Of a stretch of DNA of 64,000 bases, positions 12,576 to 21,984 are shown piece by piece. The position numbers and the translations under genes are program-made. Every line of letters starts with the position of its first letter. Positions within the stretch are counted from its first letter, which is position 1. A model generated the notes under the pieces. The model saw only the letters and a list, made by a program, of their open reading frames with translations, ran no database searches and was not told the origin of the DNA. Origin of the DNA: Glycera tridactyla (Eukaryota); contig OZ286461.1 of NCBI GenBank assembly GCA_965644265.1, positions 76,694,001 to 76,758,000 on the forward strand. The letters run 5' to 3'.

Positions 12576-13942
12576 ATCTCATTTCTGTCCTGGTAGAATC
12601 TCCACTTCATACTATTCTTATAGAGTGATATTCTATCCTTGGTATTTAGTTCATTAGGCAGCATGTTTCTATGGATCTAATTGAATATGATCTCTAGTCC
12701 AAAGGTGATGTCATGGCTGCTGGTTGGATGAACATAGATGGAATGAAGGACTTGTGAGAGCTCCCTAAGAAGTAGCGAAAGAATATCATGCTATGTTCGA
12801 AGTAGTATAGTATGATATTTCTCTATTCGAGTTCGTCAAAAACAGTGTACATCAACACGTATGTACAATTACCCCAAGACCAAGGGGGCTTTTTCGGATT
12901 GACAAATACAGTAGTGATACTCAGCTAGCTCACTCTATGAGTATGAATATGATTATGATCATGATTATGAGATGAAAAGAGCAAGGTATGAATGAATGAG
13001 AGATGAGGATGCACCATGACACATGTGTTCCACTAAATCTAAGAAGGATAACTTCAACATATGAGTGGATAATATTGGCATGTCTTCATTGACATATCAC
13101 ATACAGTTTCTGGTGCTGGAAATGAACAATGGTTGGGAACCGATAATAAATGACGCACATAAATGACGAATTGGATATGATCCACATCGAGTATATCAAG
13201 TAGTCAATACTTCTCTTGCAAATCCTTTCAATACGTCGAAGTATTGAGTGGACAATGCGAAACATAAGTCTGGTGCGATGTAAGGGATGATCAAAATATA
13301 TGCCGAGACGGAGTCGAGGATTGATCAAACAAGAGAAAGAGAAGGAACATGCTCACTGAGCAGTCAACTGACAGTCAATCATCATACCGACGCTAAGATG
13401 TTATCAGCATGACTAGGAAAGATAGCGGGACTATTGGAGAACTACCCGAACGCCCGAACGACCCTTCAATGCTAGCGATTTCCATAAAATTACTCCTCAC
13501 GTTATGGCCTCAGAAAGAAATATCTCAAATTGCTGATCAGTCGAGGACCGCCGCACAATCCCTGATTCAGATCATGGCGCAACTACGATGAAGCACCAAC
13601 AGTGGGTGATTGATATGGACAGTGCATGAAAACAGCTTCATAGTCACTAATGAGAAACAAATGGATGGTAGGTTACGCACCATCTGGATCATCCAAGATC
13701 AATTCTGTGTATGCTTGTATTTGGATGGAGTGACAGGAGAGGGCATGTCTGGTAAGTGATGCGGTACTCACAGGAGATAAACCTGGGGTGTGTACACTGA
13801 TCTACATAAATGAAACTATAATGTAATATACACAGAAACAAGGTTCTCAGGATAATATGAGCGGATGTTCTACAGGAGTCTGGTCAACTTTTTGTGTTGG
13901 TACCAGGGCTCCATCCTTTCTATAGGCCTTGTTTGGTGACTC
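12576..13942 (+). repeat. 1367-bp direct repeat, copy 1 (abuts the LINE 5' end)
   Basis: Identical to 21985-23351 (offset 9409) except 4 transitions, by manual comparison: 12828/22237, 12904/22313, 13305/22714, 13516/22925. Confidence 0.97.
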
Positions 13943-14056
13943 TTTTTTTCCATACAAGGACATGCCGAGAGAGTAAGACGTACGTTTCGAGGGAGAGCAA
14001 AGTCGTTATTTCCTAGACATTGATGCCAGTGCGATAGTTAACCACGACACGAAAAT

Positions 14057-16675
14057 ATGAGTAAGAAGTCAAAGACTACGCTGAAGAAGGATGAATCTCC
14101 AGGTATTTTGGATTCAAGTAATATTAGACATTATTTCACACCGCTGGGAGCGGAACACAGTGTGAGCGATAAAGCAGCTAACGAAGCCCTTTCACCTGCT
14201 GTATTTTCATTACCTGGGGGTGATCTACCCCCGGCCGGGTTCGAACCTAGCACTTCACGGTCGACTGGACCGCAGTCTAGAGTAGAATCAGGTGTGCTCG
14301 CAGTCTCCTTGTCCGGGGATTTAGCGTCTCCGTCCATGCGTTCAGTCTCATCTCCTACCTCACCAGGCCCATTTGTCACCGCAGACTTGGCACAGGGTAC
14401 CGACACCACTCTCCCCACATCGAGTGGGGAGGAACATACACCACTTTACATTAGTACTGGTGTTGAAAATGATGATGAAACTGCGTTCTCCACATCGAGT
14501 GGAGATACCCCTTCATCAAGCAGAATCACCATTACCTCCACCATACTAGACACAATTGGCACCCCGAAGCTCGAGTCAAATAGCATTGATATTGCTGGTG
14601 AAACCTCCTCATCGTCTATAATCATTTGCTCCACCATGTCCTCCACATCGAGTGGAGAACCACCATGTTCAAATTTAACGGCCTGTGATGACCCAGACCA
14701 GAACCAACACACTCCTATCGACATGCAAGCTAACGATGCTGAATGTAGTTCGCGCACAATGAGTGGTAATCAACTGACGGATGTATCACTGAACTTCCTC
14801 CAAAAGTCTAGCATTGACGACCAGCGGGAGAATATACCAAATGAAAGTATGGTGATAATCAAAACACCTAAAAAGAAACAGGCTCCCCCCACAGCAGTAA
14901 AGAACAAAATTTTCGATTTCTTCAAAAACATTAATTTCATTCCCTCGGCGGATGATGATAGATTGGAACCTAACGATATTATCAATTCTGTCTCGAAAGT
15001 GAAACCTGTAAAGTATCGCTTTCCAGTAGATAATCTTTCAGTATCACCAGGAGTGAAGCGTAGGAACAAGAGCTCTTCACCTGATGCTAATGATGTCAAA
15101 GAAGATATAAAACGCCTGAAAGATGCAGGTGCCTCACCACCGATGGAAAATGAAACCATATTTTCAGCGAGTGCAACAGAGATGGACTATGAACCATCTA
15201 ATCCGAATCTACTTACCAGTCCCCCCAATCCAGCACTTATAAATCGTTCACTGACTTCACTTCTGGGGTCGGAAGTTAATCTTGACACTAATCCAGGTGA
15301 GAGTCCTTCGAATATGGATACCTTGAAGGACCTTAAGCAACTACTTCGGGATGAATTATGGACTGATCTGCGCAAAGAGCTTATGTCTGACCTGAAGTCT
15401 GAAATTTCAAATATGCACAAAGACCTAACCAGTCAGTTAAGTCGAGCACTTGACAAAAAAAGTAAAGGGCTTGAGAATGAACTGAAGGACTATATCAAAG
15501 GTGAGATCACGTCAGAAAGGATGTCGGTGTTGAAAGTAAGTGAAAAAGAAGTTATGTCAGCCACCATGTCTGAAGTGTCCAAAGAATTGGTTTCGGTTGA
15601 ATTGAAGGTCAAGAACCTTCAAAGGGATGTGAAATCTCTTTTTGCGAAGGTCAATAATGATGTGATAGTGCAGCATGTTAATGAAAATATACCTGACATA
15701 GTCATCCCACCTAAAACGGACAACTTGATCCGCTCAAATGATCTTGAAAAAGTTCATGCTCGATTAGAACAACTTGAGCTATCGGATCGCCTTAGTTGTA
15801 TTATTATAGAAGGTGTTGATATTGATCCGCAATATTCTCTGACAGAGAATATAACATTTTGCCTGAATACCAATCTTGATGTGTGTTTGTATGACTCAGA
15901 TATAGTGAAATGTACCTACCTAGGCAAATCAAAACGTGATCCCAGGCAAATCCTTGTAAGATTCAAAGACGTTGAAAACAAAAGGAAAATTCTGAAGCAA
16001 AAAAGTAAATTAAAGGGTGGTCGTATCTTTATCAAGGAGTTTCTCACTGCTAAGAATAATAATCTATTTTATCGAGCAAGAGAGTCCAAAAGGAGTAAGA
16101 ACTATAACAGGGTTTGGTCCTATGATGGCCTCATCTGGGGGGCCAAAAACTTTGACAGTCAACCAGAATTGATAAATGATGACAATCCTCCTACAGTGCC
16201 CACTGACATGAATAAAAAGAGACCAACTACCACTGAAAATCCACCGGTCTTCTCGGTCAATCCCAGGAATAATGGCACAAATCGAGCTCATAATTATAAT
16301 AATCCGCACCAAGTTTACCAGATGAATCAACCCCAGCCCCCACCCCCTCCTATACCGTTTCCACCTGTATGGCATCAACCACCACCAGGTTTTCCCTCGA
16401 AAACTCTACCAAGGTTCAATCATTTCCATGTTCCGCCGCCAGACTATCACCCGCTCGCATTTGTTGAGTCAGACAATTACAGGGAGAATTTTCCTGATAT
16501 AAATGGCCGACTACGCCCATCTGCCCCAGCCTTTAATCCTATTTGCCCGCCAGGGGCAGCCCAACCACCACATGAATCGAACTTCCCTCTTGCGCAACAC
16601 AATGGTAATACATTCCACCGTCCAGTGATACAACCGCTACGTGCAAATCAGCAACAACAACGCTTGTGGCGATAG
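14057..16675 (+). CDS. LINE ORF1 protein (872 aa): S/T-rich N-terminus, coiled coil, L1-type RRM + CTD, P/Q/N-rich tail
   Basis: Heptad-like region from ~aa 420 (TLKDLKQLLRDELWTDLRKELMSDLK...), then LEQLELSDRLSCIIIEGV...PRQILVRFKD..KRKIL..K.KLKG..IFIKEFLT..NNNLF..AR..K....VWSYDGLIW, which follows the L1-like RRM/CTD pattern of LINE ORF1 proteins. Confidence 0.85.
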   Translation: MSKKSKTTLKKDESPGILDSSNIRHYFTPLGAEHSVSDKAANEALSPAVFSLPGGDLPPAGFEPSTSRSTGPQSRVESGVLAVSLSGDLASPSMRSVSSPTSPGPFVTADLAQGTDTTLPTSSGEEHTPLYISTGVENDDETAFSTSSGDTPSSSRITITSTILDTIGTPKLESNSIDIAGETSSSSIIICSTMSSTSSGEPPCSNLTACDDPDQNQHTPIDMQANDAECSSRTMSGNQLTDVSLNFLQKSSIDDQRENIPNESMVIIKTPKKKQAPPTAVKNKIFDFFKNINFIPSADDDRLEPNDIINSVSKVKPVKYRFPVDNLSVSPGVKRRNKSSSPDANDVKEDIKRLKDAGASPPMENETIFSASATEMDYEPSNPNLLTSPPNPALINRSLTSLLGSEVNLDTNPGESPSNMDTLKDLKQLLRDELWTDLRKELMSDLKSEISNMHKDLTSQLSRALDKKSKGLENELKDYIKGEITSERMSVLKVSEKEVMSATMSEVSKELVSVELKVKNLQRDVKSLFAKVNNDVIVQHVNENIPDIVIPPKTDNLIRSNDLEKVHARLEQLELSDRLSCIIIEGVDIDPQYSLTENITFCLNTNLDVCLYDSDIVKCTYLGKSKRDPRQILVRFKDVENKRKILKQKSKLKGGRIFIKEFLTAKNNNLFYRARESKRSKNYNRVWSYDGLIWGAKNFDSQPELINDDNPPTVPTDMNKKRPTTTENPPVFSVNPRNNGTNRAHNYNNPHQVYQMNQPQPPPPPIPFPPVWHQPPPGFPSKTLPRFNHFHVPPPDYHPLAFVESDNYRENFPDINGRLRPSAPAFNPICPPGAAQPPHESNFPLAQHNGNTFHRPVIQPLRANQQQQRLWR

Positions 16676-17256
16676 TTGATTCATCTCATAGTCTTTAATC
16701 ATGGCTTATGTTCCTATCTACCGAAGACATTATGACCGTGTTCAACCCCCGAAACTTGTAAGCATTATATTTTTCTTCTTCTAGATATACTGTCTATAAC
16801 ATTTTTTTACTTTGCAACCACCGCCCGCGGCAGAAGTGACATAGCCATATAGTTGCACTCTATATTTAGTCATGACTCGGTCACTGACCCTGTGTGTGAA
16901 CCAGGTGTCGAAGAGCTCAGGTGTGTGAACTACACGCTGGTTATGTCTAGCGACGTAAATCAGAACTAGAAGTTCATCTACTTGCCGCTGTACAGAAACT
17001 GGGAGTGTGAGCCAAATCTCATTGCTGAATTACCTCGTGCTGATTTGTCTTAACCTAGCGGCCCATGAGTGCACCACAGTCGTGGGCTTTTTCCGCCAGT
17101 GCAATGCTAAATTACGACGATATTACCTGCGGTGGTGCTGAGAACTAATGTTGTCTATTCATACCGCCAGGTAAAACTGAGCATTCTCAACCAACTTGGT
17201 GATTTCAAAAGTGATCCGTATATATCCTATCTAGTTCTGCTCTCTTTGTATTGTAG

Positions 17257-18096
17257 AAATGTACCCCTCAGGACACGAACCAGGCCAAACAGAGGTTGAA
17301 CTACGTAGGCCCAGACAAATTGTTCAACGCTAAAAACATCTATCGTAGACATGGCCCACCGAAAATTCTATTACTTGGGGACTCTCATGTCATCCATGCG
17401 TCCTGTGCCATAGAGGACGTCCCTGAAGAGAATGAAATATCTCGCTTCATGACAGATACCATGTACCATGGGGTCAGTTGCTCCAAAATCTGGCGCCTTA
17501 TGGATAATCTCAAAGGAACTGGCATGAGTGACGAAAAATGTGCCAAGTATGGGAACCAATGGCAACGAGTGATTGATGGATCCTGGCGTCCAGAGTACAT
17601 CATTTTACTAATCGGGTGTAATGATGCGGACGACCTCAACTCTCGTCAAAACGTCCTATATCCAAATTTGGACAGTAAGTGTGCAGCTAAAATGGCCAAT
17701 GAGGAAGTTGACATATGGATCAACGAGTTATACCCTTGTATGTATGACTTAGTTAGTGAGATTCATGATGCATTCCCAGATGTGCCAATAGGGCACATCC
17801 CAGCATTCCCAAGAAGCTGGTGGGAAAATCCAACCAGAAGGCTCCTAAATTGTATAAATTTCAGATTTTATGGCCATCTGAAAAAGGAGTTCAAGGTTCG
17901 TCAGCTTACTACTCGCAGCCTGTATTACGACACTGGAAAACTTCCTGTTGGGTCAGGATATGCAGATGACATTATCCCAGGCTTTATGGACATAGATAAT
18001 GTACACCTCAACACCATGGGCTACGAGGTGATGTTGCGGGATGTCATCCCGAAGGTGATGGCTGCGTGTGAAACCAAGCCTAAATCAAAGAAATAG
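17257..18096 (+). CDS. SGNH/GDSL-family esterase ORF (279 codons open from 17257; no AUG before the catalytic Ser)
   Basis: Block I LLLGDSH (Ser 17383-17385), block II Gly (YHGVS), block III IGCND (17611-17625), block V DNVH (17995-18006). First in-frame ATG is at 17449, downstream of GDS. The frame opens immediately after ...ctctttgtattgtag (17256). Confidence 0.88.
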   Translation, partial: KCTPQDTNQAKQRLNYVGPDKLFNAKNIYRRHGPPKILLLGDSHVIHASCAIEDVPEENEISRFMTDTMYHGVSCSKIWRLMDNLKGTGMSDEKCAKYGNQWQRVIDGSWRPEYIILLIGCNDADDLNSRQNVLYPNLDSKCAAKMANEEVDIWINELYPCMYDLVSEIHDAFPDVPIGHIPAFPRSWWENPTRRLLNCINFRFYGHLKKEFKVRQLTTRSLYYDTGKLPVGSGYADDIIPGFMDIDNVHLNTMGYEVMLRDVIPKVMAACETKPKSKK

Positions 18097-18581
18097 TTAT
18101 CTCATGTTGTCACCTGAGGGCCACTGGGATCCCATTCCCTCCCATTAGTACCCCCTCCCGACAACTCCATTACCCCTCTCTAGATACTCTCTGTATCTCG
18201 ACAAGTAATTATGAAAACTAACTGGTATACCTTAAATAAAAGATTAAATCAGATGTTTTGTTGTCTACCTATATACTTATTAGACATTTACATCCTGGGA
18301 TCACCCTGTTGATGGTATTATATGTGGCGAAATGAAGTGTGTGTTTTTGCTGTGTGCTGAGAGACAAGTAGATTCATCCTCGAGGATATGGTAACCACGA
18401 TGGTCGGTGATCTGTGAATGCCCACTGACCATCCATCTGCCAATATCCAAGGTCAGAACTGCTTTTATATCTATATTTCCAACTGATAATAAAATCTGCC
18501 ATGGTTGTTTATGAACATATATGCAATGCTCTCCCGAAATTCCATTAATTGTCTGCCAACATCTGAAATCTATAATCAAGA

Positions 18582-21548
18582 ATGCCAAGACCACGTAAGT
18601 ACAAATATATCTTTCCACTGAGCCATGAGACCAGTGTCAGCAGTTACTGTTCGATGGCGCTATCTAATCTGCCTGGCATTGCTACGGGTGCTCTAAACAT
18701 CCGTAGCATTATCAGGAAGCACGATGACGTCTCTTCCATCTTAAAAATAAGTGACTTGGATATAATGTGTTTGACAGAATCGTTCCTGAATGATAGTATT
18801 ACCGATGCGGAAATGTACATACCATCCTATAAGTTTTTCCGTCAGGATCGTACTATTAACTGTCATAAAAATGGGGGTGGTGGGATTATTGTGTATGTCA
18901 AGAGTCATCTGAATACCAAATTGAATGTTGAATTATGTCATTGCTCTCCTGATTTGGAAGTCCTGAGTTTCAGTTTGTTTTTGGAACAGACTAGGCCAAC
19001 GCACTATCTAACCATATACCGACCGCCAGATGGCAATCTCAAAAAGGCTTTAGACGTTCTTGAAGATATCCTTTCTCGACCTGTCTTTGTGTCATTGAAT
19101 GATACAATATTCGTGGGTGATGTGAACATTGACCTTCTAAATCCACGTAATCATAAGACTATCATGTATAACAAATTCTGTGAAGCTGTAGGGTTTTACC
19201 ATCTGATCACAGAGGCAACTCGCATCTCGTTAAATAGTAAAAGCTGCATTGATCATATTTTGGTCAATCGTCCTGAATATTACGCAAGTTATGGAATCTT
19301 AGACCCAGGGTTGAGTGACCATTGTCTTATCTATACCTCTAGACATAGATTCAAGAGCAAGAAACCAAAAGAAATGATAGAAATTCGTTCTCGTCGGAAG
19401 TTTGATCATAATACATTCAACAACAGTCTAATAAATCACAATTGGAGTAGGATCTACGATGCACCGAATACTGATGAGGCGTCAGAATCCTTCTCAAATG
19501 ATTTCGTAGAAATTCTAAATAAACACGCCCCCCTGAAACGTGTTCCATGCAGATCTGACCATCAACCCTGGGTCAACCATGAGTACCTGAGTATGATTGA
19601 TTACGTTGAATATAGATCGAAAATCTATAATAAAACGCCCACAAATCTTAATCTGGAAATGAAAAAAGAGGCCCTACGTAGCAAAAATCGCCTGAAAAAA
19701 TCACTAAAAAGATCTTTTATTTGTGACAGTCTGAACGACACAAAAGGAGACAGTAGAAAATTGTGGAAGCAATCAAAGCGCATCTGGCCGCTCACATCAA
19801 AGGAATCTGTGGTCCCAACATTAGGTGCTGATCAGTTTTCTGTGAACAATACGGATTATGTAAACCATGTAAATGAATATTTTTCAAATGTTGGTGCCAC
19901 CCTTGCTGAACGTTTTGAGAACCAAAATGACCCTATAATTGATGGAAATGATACAGATGTTAATATAATTGATAATGTGGATAGTTTTTGCCTAAAAGAA
20001 GTCGATGTTGGGAATGTCGAAAGTGCCATCTCTAGATTGAGCAATACCTCTGCCTATGGATCGGACGGAATCAGCAGTTTTTATGTGAAACAAGCTATCT
20101 CGTCTATCAGTTCGCTACTAGTCTATATATTCAATAAATCAATCAATGAAGCAACTTTTCCAAAAATCTGGAAGCATGCAACTATCAGTGTTCTACACAA
20201 AGGGGGGCTAACAAATGATCTCGGAAATTTTAGGCCAATATCATTGCTTTGTATCCTGGGGAAAGTTTTAGAACGCTTGATACATGATCAAACTACTGCT
20301 TTTCTGGAGAAATTTGGTGTCCTAAGTACTGCTCAATTCGGGTTCAGGAAGGGATACTCCACAGGCTCTTGTCTGGCCTCATTACTTGATGACATCTACT
20401 GCTCAGCAGACGCAGGCCTAGTGAGTGGAGTTCTCTTCCTGGACCTGAAAAAAGCGTTTGATACAGTAAACCACTCCATCCTACTAGCTCGTCTTGTTAG
20501 GAACAATTTCGGAGGCACCACCGTTAGATGGTTCAGTTCTTACCTGAGAGGAAGATCACAATCAACTCGAATCGGTCTGACTACATCGAGTCCTTTACCA
20601 ATCGAACACGGTGTCCCCCAAGGGTCCATCCTTGGACCATTACTGTTCATTGTCTATGTAAATGATATATTCAACTATGTGAACCACTGTCGGCCGCTAC
20701 TATATGCAGATGACACGGCACTGCTTGTGTCAGGGCCGAATAGTATGATTGTTGAAGAAAAATTAAATAATGATTTGGTCGGAATATCGAAGTGGTTTAA
20801 AGACCTGAAATTGACAGTCAACATCGTAAAATCAAAGACTATGTTATTCGGGACTAACAAGCGCTTGCTATTGAATGATGGTTTGAATGTCAAACTAGAT
20901 GATATCAGAATTGATCAGGTATCTAAATACAAGTATCTCGGAGTTCAGTTAGATCCATCCCTCAGCTTTGAGGCACATGTCAAATATATTGTTAATAAGG
21001 TACACTTTAGACGATGGGCATTAACTTATTCGAGACCGTCGATCACTAAAGACACGGCCCTTTATTTATTTAACAGTCTTATACAGCCTCTATATTATTA
21101 TGCTGACTACATCTATGGCGCTTGCTCAAAGAGAACGAGTAAACGACTCCAAATATCTCAGAATCGCTGTTTAAGTGTGATAAATGAGTCAGGCTGGAAC
21201 TATTCGGCCTCTGAACTACATGAGATACTGAAAGTGGACAACCTGGAGGTGACAAGGAAACAACACCTATTGTCTGAGGTATATAAGGCAGTGAAGGGTA
21301 CACAACACGGCCCGTTATCATATCTTTTCAGAAAGAAGGACAACCATGGAAAGCACCATGATACTAGACATAGTCGATCCCAGAACAATAATCTTACTGT
21401 CCCGAAGAATAAACTCCAATTTGCAGATAATAGCCTTCGATATCGGGGCCCAGTACTCTGGAATAAACTTGACCATGAGACGAAGAATTGTGAAAGCCTA
21501 TCATCATTTAAGGCAAAATTAAAATCCTGCCCATCGTTAGCTGGATAA
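18582..21548 (+). CDS. LINE ORF2 (988 aa): AP endonuclease + reverse transcriptase
   Basis: APE motifs LNIRS, CLTES, YRPP, GDVNIDL, IDHILV, SDHCLI. RT motifs FRPISLL, QFGFRKG, FLDLKKAFDTVNH, GVPQGSILGPLLF, YADDT, YKYLG. C-terminal S..YRG..LWN.L as in CR1/L2/Crack-type elements. Confidence 0.97.
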   Translation: MPRPRKYKYIFPLSHETSVSSYCSMALSNLPGIATGALNIRSIIRKHDDVSSILKISDLDIMCLTESFLNDSITDAEMYIPSYKFFRQDRTINCHKNGGGGIIVYVKSHLNTKLNVELCHCSPDLEVLSFSLFLEQTRPTHYLTIYRPPDGNLKKALDVLEDILSRPVFVSLNDTIFVGDVNIDLLNPRNHKTIMYNKFCEAVGFYHLITEATRISLNSKSCIDHILVNRPEYYASYGILDPGLSDHCLIYTSRHRFKSKKPKEMIEIRSRRKFDHNTFNNSLINHNWSRIYDAPNTDEASESFSNDFVEILNKHAPLKRVPCRSDHQPWVNHEYLSMIDYVEYRSKIYNKTPTNLNLEMKKEALRSKNRLKKSLKRSFICDSLNDTKGDSRKLWKQSKRIWPLTSKESVVPTLGADQFSVNNTDYVNHVNEYFSNVGATLAERFENQNDPIIDGNDTDVNIIDNVDSFCLKEVDVGNVESAISRLSNTSAYGSDGISSFYVKQAISSISSLLVYIFNKSINEATFPKIWKHATISVLHKGGLTNDLGNFRPISLLCILGKVLERLIHDQTTAFLEKFGVLSTAQFGFRKGYSTGSCLASLLDDIYCSADAGLVSGVLFLDLKKAFDTVNHSILLARLVRNNFGGTTVRWFSSYLRGRSQSTRIGLTTSSPLPIEHGVPQGSILGPLLFIVYVNDIFNYVNHCRPLLYADDTALLVSGPNSMIVEEKLNNDLVGISKWFKDLKLTVNIVKSKTMLFGTNKRLLLNDGLNVKLDDIRIDQVSKYKYLGVQLDPSLSFEAHVKYIVNKVHFRRWALTYSRPSITKDTALYLFNSLIQPLYYYADYIYGACSKRTSKRLQISQNRCLSVINESGWNYSASELHEILKVDNLEVTRKQHLLSEVYKAVKGTQHGPLSYLFRKKDNHGKHHDTRHSRSQNNNLTVPKNKLQFADNSLRYRGPVLWNKLDHETKNCESLSSFKAKLKSCPSLAG

Positions 21549-21891
21549 GTACACCGAGTACTTAAGCCCGGCTCTTGAATATGCTAATATAGGATAGTTA
21601 TGTTATGGTATTACTGTCATTGTCTAGTAAGCTGATGTGAACACTTTTGCCAGTACCTTTATGATATTTGATACTGTATAAGAAGAAATTGAATGTACGC
21701 GGTGAGGAATACGTAACTAAAAATAATGGGTATGTATAATTGGAATGAGGGTGTATAAAAGGTGTGCTGAGAGGTGGAAACTGATTGCAATTTTAGTTGT
21801 TGTTACTTTGAGAATGAAATGTGACCCAGTGTACAGTATGACGGAGATCTTCCGATTGCATCTATAACCAGTTTGCATAAGTTTGTGATAC

Positions 21892-21905
21892 GACCCTTCG
21901 GGGTC
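21892..21905 (+). promoter_or_regulatory. 3'-UTR stem-loop GACCC-TTCG-GGGTC of the LINE (candidate RT recognition element)
   Basis: 5-bp stem closed by C-G with a UUCG loop, ~55 nt upstream of the tail. L2-clade LINEs are known to use 3' stem-loops. Function here is inferred. Confidence 0.5.
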
Positions 21906-21984
21906 CTGAGTTATCTGTTATGTTATGTTATATATAATATGTTTACTTATGCAATAAACAATTCTTATTCTTATTCTTATTCTT

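Larger units (their letters stand above)
13943..21984 (+). mobile_element. Full-length non-LTR retrotransposon (CR1/L2 group) with three ORFs, antisense to the host gene
   Basis: 114-nt 5' UTR, ORF1, SGNH-esterase ORF, APE-RT ORF2, then a 3' UTR with AATAAA (21953-21958) and an (ATTCTT)4 tail (21961-21984). ORFs are uninterrupted. Tandem-repeat tails are typical of CR1/L2 elements. Confidence 0.93.

Noticed and set aside
13086-13591. Short ORFs duplicated at 22495-23000
   Set aside because: They are identical only because of the 1367-bp duplication; no recognisable domains.
17171-17256. 86-nt mini-intron (CAG|GTAAAA...TAG) as the source of the esterase start codon
   Set aside because: Splicing it leaves an in-frame TAA at 17108 with no in-frame ATG after it, and ATG 17148 ends up out of frame. 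It cannot supply initiation by itself.
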